Source: an uncultured Planctomycetota bacterium (GTDB taxonomy: Bacteria; Planctomycetota; Planctomycetia; Isosphaerales; Isosphaeraceae). From it: a stretch of 64,000 nt of DNA. Shown in pieces: positions 45,444 to 57,474 of this stretch. Made by a program: the position numbers and the translations under genes. The DNA lies in contig CAWJTV010000034.1 in NCBI GenBank assembly GCA_963845755.1, forward strand, positions 608,001-672,000, given 5' to 3'. The notes beneath the pieces are model-generated. The model was not told the origin of the DNA and made no database searches. It saw nothing but the letters and a program-made list of their open reading frames with translations. The number at the start of each line of letters is the position of its first letter. The stretch's first letter is position 1.

Positions 45444-46433
45444 ATGATGGTTGGTCCGCAGACGCACCGACGAATCGCCGTATTCGGCATCGGGTTGGGA
45501 TTGGCCCTGGTGTGCTGGCGGACCTGGGCGGAACCCCCGCGCCATCCGGAGCCATCCAAACCCGAGCCGGATTTTGCGAATCTTCGATACGGCCCGCACG
45601 AACGGAACGTTCTGGACCTCTGGAAGGCGCGGCCCAGGCCGGGAAAGACCGTAAAGCCCACGCCGGTCGTCGTGTTCTTCCACGGTGGAGGGTTTCGGCT
45701 CGGCGACAAGTCCAGCGTACCGGGCTGGCTGGTTGCGAATTGTTTGGATGCCGGGATCTCGATCGCTTCGGCGAACTATCGGCTGTCAACGACGGACACA
45801 TTCCCAGCCCCGATGCACGACGGCGCCCGCGCCATCCAGTATCTGCGTTCCCGGTCGAAGGAACTGGGGCTCGACCCGGACGGGATCGCCGCCTCGGGGA
45901 GTTCGGCCGGGGCGGGGATCGCCCTCTGGGTCGGTTTTCATGACGACCTCGCCGATCCCCGAAGTCCCGACCCGATCGCGCGCCAGTCGACCCGTCTCAC
46001 CTGCATCGGCGTCAACGGGGCCCAGACTTCGTACGACCCGCGGTTCATCCGGCAAATCGTCGGCGGCCGCGCTCACGAACATTCTGCGCTTGCGTCGTTC
46101 TATGGTCTTTCCGAACCCGAGCGGGATACGCCCAAAGCCCACAGGCTCTACGAGGCCGCCTCGCCGATCAACCACGCGACAACCGGCGACCCACCGGTAT
46201 TCCTCTTCTACTTGGAGCCCGACGAACCGCTCCCGGCCGACGCCAAGCCGGGGCAGGGGATCCATCACCCGCGATTCGGCGCAGCACTCAAGGCCAAGCT
46301 CGACCCCATGGGTCTCGAATGCATCGTCCGCCACGCCAAGGATTTCCGCGAGCCGGACGATCCCAACCCCACGATGTTCCACGAGATGACCTCGTTTTTC
46401 GAACGGCACCTGTTCGTTCCGAGCGACCAGTAG
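45444..46433 (+). CDS. Secreted alpha/beta hydrolase (esterase/lipase)
   Basis: FFHGGGF, NYRLS, DGARAIQYLR, GSSAGA. Confidence 0.88.
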   Translation: MMVGPQTHRRIAVFGIGLGLALVCWRTWAEPPRHPEPSKPEPDFANLRYGPHERNVLDLWKARPRPGKTVKPTPVVVFFHGGGFRLGDKSSVPGWLVANCLDAGISIASANYRLSTTDTFPAPMHDGARAIQYLRSRSKELGLDPDGIAASGSSAGAGIALWVGFHDDLADPRSPDPIARQSTRLTCIGVNGAQTSYDPRFIRQIVGGRAHEHSALASFYGLSEPERDTPKAHRLYEAASPINHATTGDPPVFLFYLEPDEPLPADAKPGQGIHHPRFGAALKAKLDPMGLECIVRHAKDFREPDDPNPTMFHEMTSFFERHLFVPSDQ

Positions 46434-47054
46434 CACCAGGCCGAGCGTTCCAAGGTAGAATCGACCCCTCCGATCCCAAGGTCGACCGGCCTGGAATCTA
46501 GGCAAAGGTCCAAGCGCTGAGGTCTGGCGGTCCGACGGCGAATCCCGGGTGATCGAGCAACTCCAGGAGAACGGCACCTAAGCCCCGGTCACACAAAGCC
46601 GTCTCTTGTCCGTGCAGGCGAAAGAGTTGCTCCCGGGCTGATCGAAAAGGATTCCAGCAAGGAACGGGCCTGGGAGCGCACGGCTGAGTCAGTGGGCAAA
46701 GCGATCACGGCGAAGGAAGTCACCGAATGACGAGGTCGAAAGATTCTCGGTCATTGCGAGCGGAAGGCCACGACTGACGAGTGCGCAACATTTCCATGAT
46801 GACCATCCACGGGAGGAGGCGCTAAGAAGATCGGAATTGGCCCCGGGTCTTCGAGGTGCCTCGCCTTTTTTTCGTTAAGGCTTGTAAGGAGAAAGCGGAC
46901 GGAAGACGATAACCTGTCCAACTCATCGGAGCGTGGCGCTATATTCTAGAGTCTGAACGCCTTGACTCTAGGCCAGCCGTTTCTTCCCTCCGCGTGAGAT
47001 CGTCAAGGATGCCTGTGTTTTCGCCGGTTCGGGAATCCGACCCGATCACCAGCG

Positions 47055-49018
47055 GTGGTCTCCATCGGGAAGGAGGCCGATTTGGATGAGGAACAGTCGG
47101 CAGAAGCCCGGCCGCCGGGATCGCGATCTTCTTTCCCGATCATCGTGCTGACGGGATCGATCCTGGCGTTGGCACTCGGTTTCGGTTGGACGATCTGGCA
47201 AACCCGTCAGTCCGTCGGAGGGAGGAACACAAGCCAGGCTCGGCGCGCGACCTCTTGGCCGCCATCGCCGTGGAAGAACGCACGCCCCGGTGTCGCTTAC
47301 GTAGGCGATGTCGCCTGCGCCCGCTGTCACGCGGACATCGCCGCGACGTTCCATCGCCATCCCATGGGTCGGTCATTGGCCCCAATCAGCGTTACGCCTG
47401 TTGGTGGCGATGGATCGGACCGCTTGACCACGTTCGAGGCCGATTCCTCGGAGTTCACCATCGAACGGAGCAACGGCCGAGAGTTTCACCGCGAGACCCA
47501 GTACGACGAGGCGGGACGTGTTTTAGCCCAGATCCAGGAAGAGGTGAAATACGCGCTGGGATCGGGCCGCTTCGGAATCACCTACCTGGTGGAGCACGAT
47601 GGCCGATTGTTCCAATCGCCCATTTCCTGGTATAGCCAGAAAAACCGATGGGACCTCTCGCCGGGTTACGAACAACACAACCTCCACTTTGATCGACCGA
47701 TCGAGTCGGCGTGCCTGTTCTGTCATACCAATCGCGTCAAGCCCATCCCCCTGTCGGTCAATCGGTATGAGGAGCCCATCTTCCAGGACTACGCGATCGG
47801 CTGCGAGCGGTGCCACGGTCCCGGTGAACTGCATGTCAGGCGGCCGGAGGTGGTTGAACGGACGGGACCTGACGATCGTCAATCCCAAGCATCTGGAGCC
47901 CGCGCTCCGTGTTGCCGTCTGCGCAATGCCACCTGGTGGGTGACCAGCGGGTCGAGCGCCTGGACCACGACACATTTGACTATCGTCCCGGCCTTCCCAC
48001 GTCGGCGTTCTTCGCGGTCTTCGGCCGCGAGCACGACCAGGGGCACAAGGCTGTGGGACACGTCGAGCAGATGAAGGAAAGCCGGTGTTTCCGCTCGAGC
48101 TCCGGCAGACTCGACTGCACCTCATGCCACGACCCTCACGAGGTACCCGCGCCTGGGGAAGCGGCCGCCTATTTCCGACGGCAGTGCCTGGCATGCCACG
48201 AACGAAATCGCTGCACGCTTCCCGATCCGGTACGTCTGGCCCGGAGCCCAGTCAACAGTTGCATTCAGTGTCACATGCCGAAATCGCCGAGCTTCGATGT
48301 CATCCATGTCGCGACCACGGACCACCGGATCTTGCGGACTCCTCAGGAATCGACGCCTCAGCCAGCTCGAGCCGCGAGCGGACTTCCCCTGACGCTCTTG
48401 AACGGCGATGAGATGGGTGAGGAGAACTCGCATGTCCTGGGACGTGAGCTGGCGATCGCCTTGATGTCGGAGGTGCCCGATCTGACGAATACACCTCGGA
48501 TCAGGCAGAGGGCATCCTCCCTGCTGGACCAGGCTCTGGCAAGGTCGCCCGATGACCTGGCCGCCCGTCGGATGAGGGCCCAGGTCCTGGAGCGGTCGGG
48601 ACACGACGCCGATGCCATGCGGCTCATCGAGTCGGTTTTGCGGTCTGCCCCCGCGGATGAACACGCCCTTGACCAGTATCTCGTGTACGCGATCAAGTCG
48701 GAAGCGATCCCGCATGCCCTGGCACCCGCCCGGCAGGCCGTCGCCGTCAATCCCTGGTCCGCGACGTTCCACGAGCGGCTGGCCTACGTCTGCCTGGAGC
48801 GTCACGACTGGGACGAGGCACTCCGGGAATCCCGCGAAGCGCTTCGACTCAATCCGTTCCTCCGCTTCGCACGGATGTTCCTGATTCAATGCCTCCTCAA
48901 CGACAAAGATCTCGAGCACGCCGAAGGGGAGTTTTCCGCCTTGCTCAAGCTGAACCCCAATCAGCACGAATCTCTGAAACTATGGTTCGCCGAGCAGCGT
49001 CGCAATGCGCGAAGCTGA
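47055..49018 (+). CDS. Multiheme c-type cytochrome with C-terminal TPR repeats (frameshifts 47860-47925)
   Basis: CARCH, CLFCH, CERCH, (C)AQCH, CTSCH, CLACH, CIQCH; TDHRI; helical TPR tail; N-terminal TM. Confidence 0.85.
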
Positions 49019-49294
49019 ACGAACCCCAGAAACCGATCGCGGCACGAGGCGATGAACCCGAAAAGCTCATTGATGGGTGAATTCAAAGTGACCTTCCCAA
49101 GTTGAACTGAGGGATAAGTGGGATTCTGCTAAAATGAACATTTATATTTTTGAGAATAATCGATCAAACGATGCCCGAATTCACAAAGGATCTGCGCCGC
49201 TGCTCCTTCAGATACAACAACACTCGCGCCAGGTCACCGACGAGATGCGAACCTGGCGGATCGGCTACGATCGACGAATTGTTTCCTCACGCCC

Positions 49295-49324
49295 TTGACA
49301 CGTCGGGAACTTCCGACCTATTAT
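49295..49324 (+). promoter_or_regulatory. Promoter with an operator-like palindrome upstream of the ArsR gene
   Basis: TTGACA-N18-TATTAT, 7 nt before the ATG; the spacer holds the GTCGGGAACTTCCGAC inverted repeat. Confidence 0.6.
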
Positions 49325-49331
49325 CTTCAGG

Positions 49332-49646
49332 ATGACGACGCCAGACATTTTCGCCGTCCTGTCAAACCCGGTTCGCCGCCGGATTCTGGAACTCCTGATG
49401 GACCGGCCGTATACGGTCAACCATCTGGTTAGCGAGTTCCATCTGCACCGCCCTGCGGTTTCCGAGCATCTTCAGGTATTGCGAAACGCAAGTCTGGTTC
49501 GCGATGAGCGATGTGGTCGCGAGCGCTACTACCATCTCGATCCGGCGCGCCTGATGGAGATCGACGAGTGGCTGAAGCCATTTGCGCACTACTGGCGCGA
49601 GCGAATGCAGGACCTTGAGACCATCCTGGACAAGGAGGAACCATGA
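49332..49646 (+). CDS. ArsR/SmtB-family transcriptional regulator
   Basis: FAVLSNPVRRRILELL, PAVSEHLQVLR, GRERYY. Confidence 0.92.
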   Translation: MTTPDIFAVLSNPVRRRILELLMDRPYTVNHLVSEFHLHRPAVSEHLQVLRNASLVRDERCGRERYYHLDPARLMEIDEWLKPFAHYWRERMQDLETILDKEEP

Positions 49647-50059
49647 CGGAACGAGGCGTGATTCGATTGTCGCAACTTATCAATCATCCTCCTGCGAAGG
49701 TCTGGAGGGCGCTGACGGATCCGGAGATCCACGCGAAATGGTGGGCGGCGGGCGACGTGAAACCGGTCGTCGGGCATCGTTTCACTCTGGACATGGGACC
49801 CTGGGGGCAACAGCCCTGTGAGGTCCTCGCGGTCGAGGCGGAACGTCTCCTGCGCTATAGCTTCGCACCCGGCACGCTCGATTCGACGATCACATGGCGA
49901 CTCGAGCCGGAGGGCGACGGCACGCGTCTGCACCTCGAGCACGCCGGTTTTGACCTCGACTCTCCACTGGCAAAGAAAGCCTTCGAGGGCATGGGTGGCG
50001 GCTGGCGGGCGATCCTTGAACGCATCGCGCCGGCTATCGACTCCCTCGTCGAGGTCTGA
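49643..50059 (+). CDS. SRPBCC (AHSA1-like) domain protein
   Basis: HPPAKVWRALTDPE...WW, TRLHLEHAGF, MGGGW; ATGA overlap with the ArsR gene. Confidence 0.9.
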   Translation: MTERGVIRLSQLINHPPAKVWRALTDPEIHAKWWAAGDVKPVVGHRFTLDMGPWGQQPCEVLAVEAERLLRYSFAPGTLDSTITWRLEPEGDGTRLHLEHAGFDLDSPLAKKAFEGMGGGWRAILERIAPAIDSLVEV

Positions 50060-50281
50060 GGCTTACAATCGCCTCGACCACGCTCCAACCGCTCGGCACG
50101 AAGCAAAGGACCGGCCCCGCATCCCGACTCAAGACCGCCAGATGGTGGTGGCGCGAATCAAGGGACGGATGGTGAGACAGCCCGATTGGGCCGGGTCCGG
50201 GAAGCCGGCGTCAACCTCGAGTAGCCTCATCCCCCGAGTTCACGGGAGAGCGCCGCAAATCGAGGGGCCGTTGCTGGCAGG

Positions 50282-51745
50282 TCAGGCAAGGATCTCAGGA
50301 ACGACGTGCCCGTGGACGTCGGTGAGTCGGCGGTCGATGCCGTTGTGACGGAATGTGAGGCGGGTGTGGTCGATCCCCATCAGGTGCAGGATCGTGGCGT
50401 GCAGGTCGTAGCAATACGTCTGACCGACGGCCGACTTCCAGGCCCAGGGGTCGCTTTCGCCGTGGGCCGAGCCTCCATTGACCCCGGCGCCGGCCAGCCA
50501 TGCAACCGAGGTGCCACCGTTGTGGTCGCGTCCGGTGGCGCCCTGGGTGAACGGTTGGCGGCCGAACTCGGTGCTGAAGAGGACCAGTGTATCCTCGAGC
50601 AGGCCGCGGGCCTTGAGGTCGCGCAACAGAGCTGCCGCCGGACGGTCGACCGTCCGGGCGATGGACGGAAGCTCCTTCGGGATGTTGGTATGGTTGTCCC
50701 AATTGTTCGACGGTCCTCCGGCTCCGCTCCAGACCTGGACGAACCGCACCCCGCGCTCCACCAGTCGGCGGGCGAGCAGACAGCGCCGCCCGAAGTCGGT
50801 GGTGGCGGGGTCTTCGAGCCCATAGAGGGTGCGGGTCGCCACGGTTTCGCCCGCCAGATCGAGGGCCTCCGGCGCGGTGTGTTGCATCCTTGCGGCCAGC
50901 TCGTACGCGGCGATCCGCGAGTCCAGCCGCGTATCCCCTTCGTTGACCGCGGCATGGCTACGGTTGAGCTGTTCCAGCACCGCTAGCCCGTCGCGCTGGC
51001 TATCGGCCGTGATGAAACCGGCCGAGGCCGGGGGGAATAAGTCGGGGATCGGCCGGGGCGCGCCGGCGTCGAGGATCGTCCCCTGGTGCGATTGCGGCAG
51101 GAATCCCGACGTGAAGTTCCCCTTGGCATTGTAGGGCAATCCTCGCGGGTCCGGCAGAACCACGAAGGTGGGTAGGTTATCGCTCAAGGAGCCTAGCCCG
51201 TACGACAGCCACGCCCCGAGGCACGGGAATCCGGGCATCAAAAACCCGCAGTTCATCATGTAGCTGGCCGGCCCGTGCACGTTTGTCTTCGACGAGAGAG
51301 CCATCAAGAATGCCAGGTCATCGACACATGTGGCGATCTCAGGAAAAACGCTGCTGACCCACCGGCCCGATTCACCATATTGCTTGAACGAGAACGGGCT
51401 CTTCATGAGGTTTCCCGGCGCGCTCGTCGGAGCCTCAACGTGGCTCCCCGGGTCGAACCGTTGACCGTGACGCCGTTCCAGCTCGGGCTTGTAGTCGAAC
51501 GTGTCCATCTGGCTGGCGCCGCCGTTCAGGAAGAGCTGGATCACCCGGCGGACCTTCGCGCGATGATGCAACCCGCCGTTGAGGTCGGCGATCGGCCTGG
51601 GTCGGCCCGGATCCGTCCCTGCGATCAGGCCGTCGCGGCCCAGCAGCTCGGCCAGCGCGATTCCGCCCAGGCCGCCGCCGATTTGCCAGAGAAGATCACG
51701 TCGAGACGTGCGATGGAACATGGACAGATCCCTCGCCATGGTCAA
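50282..51745 (-). CDS. DUF1501-domain protein
   Basis: SRRDLL Tat-like signal, GGASQMDTFDYKP, WDNH, TEFGRQP, GRDHN, RRLTDVHG. Confidence 0.92.
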   Translation of the reverse strand: MTMARDLSMFHRTSRRDLLWQIGGGLGGIALAELLGRDGLIAGTDPGRPRPIADLNGGLHHRAKVRRVIQLFLNGGASQMDTFDYKPELERRHGQRFDPGSHVEAPTSAPGNLMKSPFSFKQYGESGRWVSSVFPEIATCVDDLAFLMALSSKTNVHGPASYMMNCGFLMPGFPCLGAWLSYGLGSLSDNLPTFVVLPDPRGLPYNAKGNFTSGFLPQSHQGTILDAGAPRPIPDLFPPASAGFITADSQRDGLAVLEQLNRSHAAVNEGDTRLDSRIAAYELAARMQHTAPEALDLAGETVATRTLYGLEDPATTDFGRRCLLARRLVERGVRFVQVWSGAGGPSNNWDNHTNIPKELPSIARTVDRPAAALLRDLKARGLLEDTLVLFSTEFGRQPFTQGATGRDHNGGTSVAWLAGAGVNGGSAHGESDPWAWKSAVGQTYCYDLHATILHLMGIDHTRLTFRHNGIDRRLTDVHGHVVPEILA

Positions 51746-54118
51746 TTTACGAACAGGAATTCATTGCTATTCAGGATGATGCGGCAGAGATTCACCAGGC
51801 CGTATCGTGCCGCGTAGTTCGACAGCAGGACGACCTCTTGGGACGTGGGCTCGCGGCAATAGGCCAACTCGAAGGCGGTCTTGATCCGTGCCGGGACGTT
51901 CGGCGCGAGCGACTCCAGCCGTCGGGCGAAGTGCTCGCACTGGCGGAGGACGAACGGGTCGTTGAGTAGGGCCAGGGCCTGGAGCGGTGTTGTCAACTCG
52001 TTGCGAACGGCGGTCAATTGGGAGGCGTCCGCGGCGTCGAGGGCGTCGTAGAACGGGTCGGGCAGCGTTCGGAATAAGAAGCGGTAGACGCTCCGCCGTG
52101 ACGCGCCCGGGCTGCTCCAATCGTATCGGGTGTAGTCGACCACCGGAGTGACATGCACGCCCGGACCGAGCGTGAATTGTTGGACCGAGGGCCCGCCCAT
52201 GGTGGTCTCGAGCTGTCCGGCGACGCGCAGGATCGCGTCATGGACCGATTCGGCGTCGAGTCGTCGGCGCTGCTGGCGCCAGAGCAACCGATTGTCACTA
52301 TCTACGGCGGCCGTCGTTGGATCATCGCGGGTTTCCTGCCGGTAGCCCGCTGAGGTGACGATCAAACGATGGAGCACTTTGAGCGAGCCGCCGGAATCCC
52401 GAAACGTCGCGGCCAACCAGTCGAGCAGCTCGGGATGGGATGGCGTATCCCCCATCCGTCCGAAGTCGTTGGGCGTCGCCACGATCCCCCGGTCGAAGTG
52501 ATCGTGCCAGACTCGGTTGACGATCGAACGCCATGTCAGCGGATTCTTCGTCTCGGTGAGCCATCGCGCCAGCGCCGCACGACGGGCGGATTCCTCCTGA
52601 CCAGTTGCGGATGCGAACCGCGCGGGTAGCCCGGCCACGCAGGTCAGAGAGCCGGGAGCGGCGGTCTCTCCCGGCTGATGGATATCGCCGCGGCGCAACA
52701 TGTGAACCGGTCGCGGACTGCCCGGCGGCTTGTGGCCGGCATCCGGGGCGAACTCGCTCGCCGCGGCGAAGACCAGCCGCTGAGGCGGCAGCGCCGATAG
52801 TTCGGCCCCCAGCCAGGCCGAGAGTGAAGGATCGCGTCCTTGAGCCTGCTTGAGTTCCGAGGCCAACGCAAGACGCAGCCGCGCCACTGTCGGCTCGGTA
52901 TCGTAGGCCCGTTCCGCCTTGTCAACGCCAGCGAAGACCGCCTGGAGGCTGTAATAATCCTCCTGTGTGATCGGGTCGAACTTGTGGTCGTGGCATCGGG
53001 CACAGTGAACCGTGGCGCTGACGAATGTCGACATCACGGTGCTGACCATGTCGTCGCGGTCGATGTAGTAACCGATCTGGCGATCGATGCTGTCGTCGCG
53101 GATGTCGCGGAGCGAGCTCTCGTCCCAGGGGCCTGCGGCGATCATGCCCAGGGCGACGACGAGCCCCGGCTCGTCGGGGAACAGGGCGTCGGCGGCGACC
53201 TGCTCCTGGACGAATCGCGGATAGGGCGTGTCGTGGTTGAAGGCCGCGATCAGGTAGTCGCGATAGGGCCAGGCATGCGGCCGGATACGGTCCTGGTCGT
53301 GCCCGTGGGTCTCGGCGAAGTGGACCACGTCCATCCAGTGCCGCGCCCAACGCTCGCCGTAGTGAGGACTCGCCAGTAGCCGATCGACGAGCCGCTCGTA
53401 CGCGTCGGGATTCGGGTCGTCGAGGAACTGCGCGACCTCGTCTGGTGTCGGAGGCAGCCCGATCAGGTCAAACGTGAGCCGGCGGATTAGGGTGCGTCGG
53501 TCGGCCTCACGCGAGGGTCGCAGGCCCTTCTCCGCCAGCTTGGCCAGGATGAAAGGGTCGATCGGAGTGTGCGCCCATCCGGCCATTGCGGGCTCGACCG
53601 GCGGTATGGCTGGCCTTCGGATCGGCCGGAGCGACCACCAATCGCGAGCCTCGCTGGGCTTCGTCGCCAGATTGCCTCTCCTATCGCGCGGGTCGGGTGC
53701 ACCTATCTCGATCCATCGGCGGAAGTCGGCGATGACCGCGGCGGAGAGCTTTCCCTTCGGCGGCATGGGCTCATAGCCGTCGGCGGCCGTGATCGCGAGG
53801 AGCAGGATGCTCGCCTCCGTATCGCCCGGGACGACGGCAGGACCCGAGGTGCCACCCTTGCGAATCCCCTCGCGCGTATCCAGACGCAGGTGCCCTTTGG
53901 GCTTCGCGAGCGAGCTGGCATGACACTCCTGGCACCGTTCGACCAGCACAGGGCGGATCTTGCTCTCGAAAAAGGCAATTCCCGCCGCGTCATCGGCGGC
54001 CGAAGCGGCCCGCGGCAGGATCGCCAGCAAGACGAGCGAGATCGACAGGAAATCTCCGACACAGGACGCGATCATCGGACTCGCCCGGTTCCCCAGTCTA
54101 TCGAAAGGTGATCGCTTC
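51742..54118 (-). CDS. Planctomycete cytochrome c / DUF1549 / DUF1553 protein
   Basis: FFESKIRPVLVERCQECH, SPHYGERWARHW, CARCHDHKFDPI, PSHPELLDWLA, TPLQALALLN, NSNEFLFV; start codon uncertain. Confidence 0.92.
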
Positions 54119-54735
54119 ATCCGTGCCGGGCCTCCGTCACATTTCGGATCAGGCTCCCGTCCAGGTCGCTGAGACTTTGACGGTTTGGACCGAGCCATGA
54201 CCTTCTCGGTTCGAGTCCTGATCACCAGGGATCGTCGTTTTGCTTGCGCAATGCGCGGGCGTTAAACAAGATTGTAACACAAGGCGCGACGATCTTGACT
54301 ACCTGACCTTTCCCGCGGTAGGTGGGAAGAGGGCACCCACGGATAGGCAACAATGGGCTGGCCACACCTCGATGCGACAGCCGTTGTCAGTTATGATCGT
54401 CTTGGTTCTCGTCGGCTGCAGAAGGAGAAAGTAGTCATCCTGATGGTGGCCGCCTGATGCCAACGTCCCGTTCGCGACATTCGGATCGGATGGCGATGAT
54501 GATGACGTATCGGCGCGGGGGCCCTCATGGTGGTCATCGCGTTGAGGGTCGCAGGGCTGCCAGCCGGCGTGATTCACGGTCTCCTGGCGCCCGTGATCGT
54601 TTGGTTTATTTGTGTGATTCGGAGGACAGGGGAGCTTGGTGACAATCGGGCTCCCAGGCCCGTCGCGGTACGGACCCCGCCCAGGGCTGGGACAAGTCCC
54701 ACTCCTCATCCCCTCTGGGACCGCTGGCTTGATGG

Positions 54736-55914
54736 ATGATCATGAACATGGGGAAACGTGGGCAATCTGAGTTCGACGCCGCCAGTTACCGCCGGTCGCA
54801 TCGGTTTGCTGGAGAGCATCTGACCCGGCGGCAACTCCTCGCGGCCGCGATTCTTGGTGTCGGTGGCGTATCCGCCGCCTTCGCTTCGGCCAACGGCGCC
54901 GGGCCAGCTCCTGATCCCTGCCGCGACGACCTGGCCATCGACGACGCGACGGCATTACTGTATTCCGGCGAAGCTCCGCTGACACCGGCCGAAGGGCTGC
55001 GGGACGCGCAGGCGGTCTGGGCTCACGTGCCGGGTCGGCCGAAGCGATCGGTCCTGATCTACCTCCACGGACATAACGGCTATGTCACCGTCAACGCGGC
55101 GGGCCGCTCCCGCGTTCCGGACTGGGCCGTGCGCGACGAGTCCGCTCGTAAAGGGGCGTCGGCCAAGGAGGCGGCCCCGCTGGTCTACGGCCTGAACCGC
55201 CTGGGAGCGAGTCCCGCGGGCCAGGAACCCATCGTGCTCGTCCCGGAGGACAGCACGCTCGCCAGCGGCGCGTTCTGGGCGAAGGAGCCGGCCGGCCAGT
55301 ACGCCGACCCCGCGCGGCTCGGGAACCTGGTGGCCGACTCGCTGCGGCACCTGGCGTGTCTCTGCCGGCCCAACGGCCGCACGTATCTGCCAGAGGGCTT
55401 TGCCGGGCTCCGCACCCCCCCCGGTGCGAAGCCCGGTGTGGCGGCAGCACAGGCTCTGGACCGTGTCTACCTCTGCGGTCATTCCGGCGCGGGCCTGCCA
55501 CTGGAAGAGGCCGCTGGCTCGGCGCTGATCCTGCCCGATCGCGGCAATCCGGCCGACCTCTGGCTCTTCGACTGCACGTACTGGTCGAAGGTCGCGGGGT
55601 TCGTCCGTTTCTGCGACCGCTGGAAAGCGGCGAACCGACTGGCCGCCGGCCGACGCGATGCGGCCCGCTTCATCTGCATCTACCGACCGCGGACGCAGAC
55701 CGAGGAGGTCGCCGACGCCCTTCGCGCTGACATTGCCAGGATCCTCCGGGTCGAGCCCAAAGCGCTCGTCATGGACCACTCGCCGACTAACTTCGAAGGG
55801 GAGATCCGGCCCGCGCTGAGGACCTCGGGGGCCTTGTTCGTGCGCACTGAGATCCCGCATGACCAGATACCCACCTTTTTCATTCCGGCGCTGCTCGAGA
55901 CATCGTCGGCATGA
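54736..55914 (+). CDS. Tat-exported alpha/beta-hydrolase-like protein
   Basis: LTRRQLL signal; IYLHGHN, GHSGAG nucleophile elbow, FDCTY, PHD. Confidence 0.7.
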   Translation: MIMNMGKRGQSEFDAASYRRSHRFAGEHLTRRQLLAAAILGVGGVSAAFASANGAGPAPDPCRDDLAIDDATALLYSGEAPLTPAEGLRDAQAVWAHVPGRPKRSVLIYLHGHNGYVTVNAAGRSRVPDWAVRDESARKGASAKEAAPLVYGLNRLGASPAGQEPIVLVPEDSTLASGAFWAKEPAGQYADPARLGNLVADSLRHLACLCRPNGRTYLPEGFAGLRTPPGAKPGVAAAQALDRVYLCGHSGAGLPLEEAAGSALILPDRGNPADLWLFDCTYWSKVAGFVRFCDRWKAANRLAAGRRDAARFICIYRPRTQTEEVADALRADIARILRVEPKALVMDHSPTNFEGEIRPALRTSGALFVRTEIPHDQIPTFFIPALLETSSA

Positions 55915-56233
55915 GTCTCGTCCGGTGCGATCCTCATCATAATGGCGCCCAACATCAACGCGAACTGGCAAGGCCGGCTTGATCCGCATCCCAGATCGGT
56001 GTTGCTCTGAAGCGACATATGAGGTTTCTCTGCGCCTCATGCGTCACCGCCTGCATGCCAGCGCGTTTAAGGAGAGGACGGACAGACAGCCCAATGCGGC
56101 TGTTCAAACCACACAACCTTACTTGTTGGACTCACAAAACCATGGTGCAGCGACTGACTTCTGGCGATCGACACCGCGGGGTCCTCTTGAGCCGCCGACA
56201 ATCCGCGGCGCGTGGAAAGGAGGGCTGAATCCC

Positions 56234-56548
56234 ATGGCACAGCCTCGCTTGATTCTTCCGCAGGCCGATTCCACCTGCGGGAAGTTATTCTATAGAGATC
56301 GTCAGACTGCCGACGCGCACCGCGTCGCGCTCGAAGTCTGGAATCGGGCCACGGGTCGAGTCCGCGAAGGATATCGGCTGGTGGTCTGCCGCTGCCGGCG
56401 TTGTGGAGGGTACCATGTTGGCCACAAATCCATCAGTACAAAGCCGATCGACGCCGATCCGCTCCCGGATCGAGAAAGTAACCTGGAGACATACCAACCC
56501 GAGGTACAAACCATAACCTGGCCAAGTACCCGACGATTCGGGACTTGA
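56234..56548 (+). CDS. Small hypothetical protein with putative Zn-binding Cys/His residues
   Basis: AAGGAGG RBS; CGK...CRRCGGYHVGH. Confidence 0.65.
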   Translation: MAQPRLILPQADSTCGKLFYRDRQTADAHRVALEVWNRATGRVREGYRLVVCRCRRCGGYHVGHKSISTKPIDADPLPDRESNLETYQPEVQTITWPSTRRFGT

Positions 56549-56680
56549 AGAATTGGTGTCGCCTCGTCGGTTGTCAGCGGTCCGCTGTCTGTTGTAAGCT
56601 GCCGGTATCTGGTCCTTGGTCCTTCGTGACATCGACGGCGGGAAGTCGGGACCAGCGACAACCGGAATCGAGCATGAGTG

Positions 56681-57474
56681 ATGAGTGACCAGACCCGCAT
56701 CGAGTGGACCGACGCGACCTGGAACCCGATCCGGGGGTGTTCGAAGATCAGCCCGGGATGCACTCATTGTTATGCCGAGACTTTCGCCGAACGGTTCCGC
56801 GGGGTTCCCGGCCATCCCTATGAGCAAGGCTTCGACCTCCGGACGATTCCCGAGAAGCTGGCCGATCCCTTGCGCTGGCGTGTGCCCCGGATGGTGTTCG
56901 TTAACTCGATGAGCGACCTGTTTCACCAGGACGTGTCTGACGATTACATCCGCAAAGTTGTCCATGTGATGCTAGTGGCCAACTGGCACACCTATCAGGT
57001 CCTGACCAAGCGTCGGTACGGATGCGCGAGTTACTGGAAACGCACCTCCGCGACGCCGCTGAGGCCACGCAGATCTGGTGGGGCGTGAGCGTCGAGAATC
57101 GGCGCGACGGCCTGCCGCGGATCGACGACCTCCGCGCGGCACCGGCACAGACCCGATTCCTCTCCGTCGAGCCTCTGCTCGAAGATCTTGGCCCGCTCGA
57201 CTTGACCGGGATTCACTGGGTCATCGTGGGAGGCGAGAGCGGACCCGGTTCCCGGCCGATGGATGCGGAGTGGGTCACTTCGATCCGAGACCAGTGTCGG
57301 ACGGCCGGCGTCCCCTTCTTCTTCAAGCAGTGGGGCGGGACGCGCAAGGGGAAGGCCGGTCGCGCGCTCGACGGACAGACCTACGACGAGAAGCCCCCGA
57401 GGACGATCCCTCCCACTCCTGATGACGCGTTCCGACGATCCTTGCTAGCCGAGGTCGATGCGAGCAACCCATGA
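56681..57474 (+). CDS. DUF5131 (phage Gp37/Gp68 family) protein (frameshift near 57012)
   Basis: TRIEWTDATWNPIRGCSKISPGCTHCYA, FVNSMSDLFH, QVLTKR, FLSVEPLL, WVIVGGESG, FFFKQWGG. Confidence 0.92.

Noticed and set aside
46440..47050. Possible ncRNA or riboswitch in a long intergenic region
   Set aside because: No motif or structure I can recognise; needs a covariance-model search
56681..57474. Prophage
   Set aside because: Only the Gp37/Gp68-family gene is present; no structural, terminase or integrase genes
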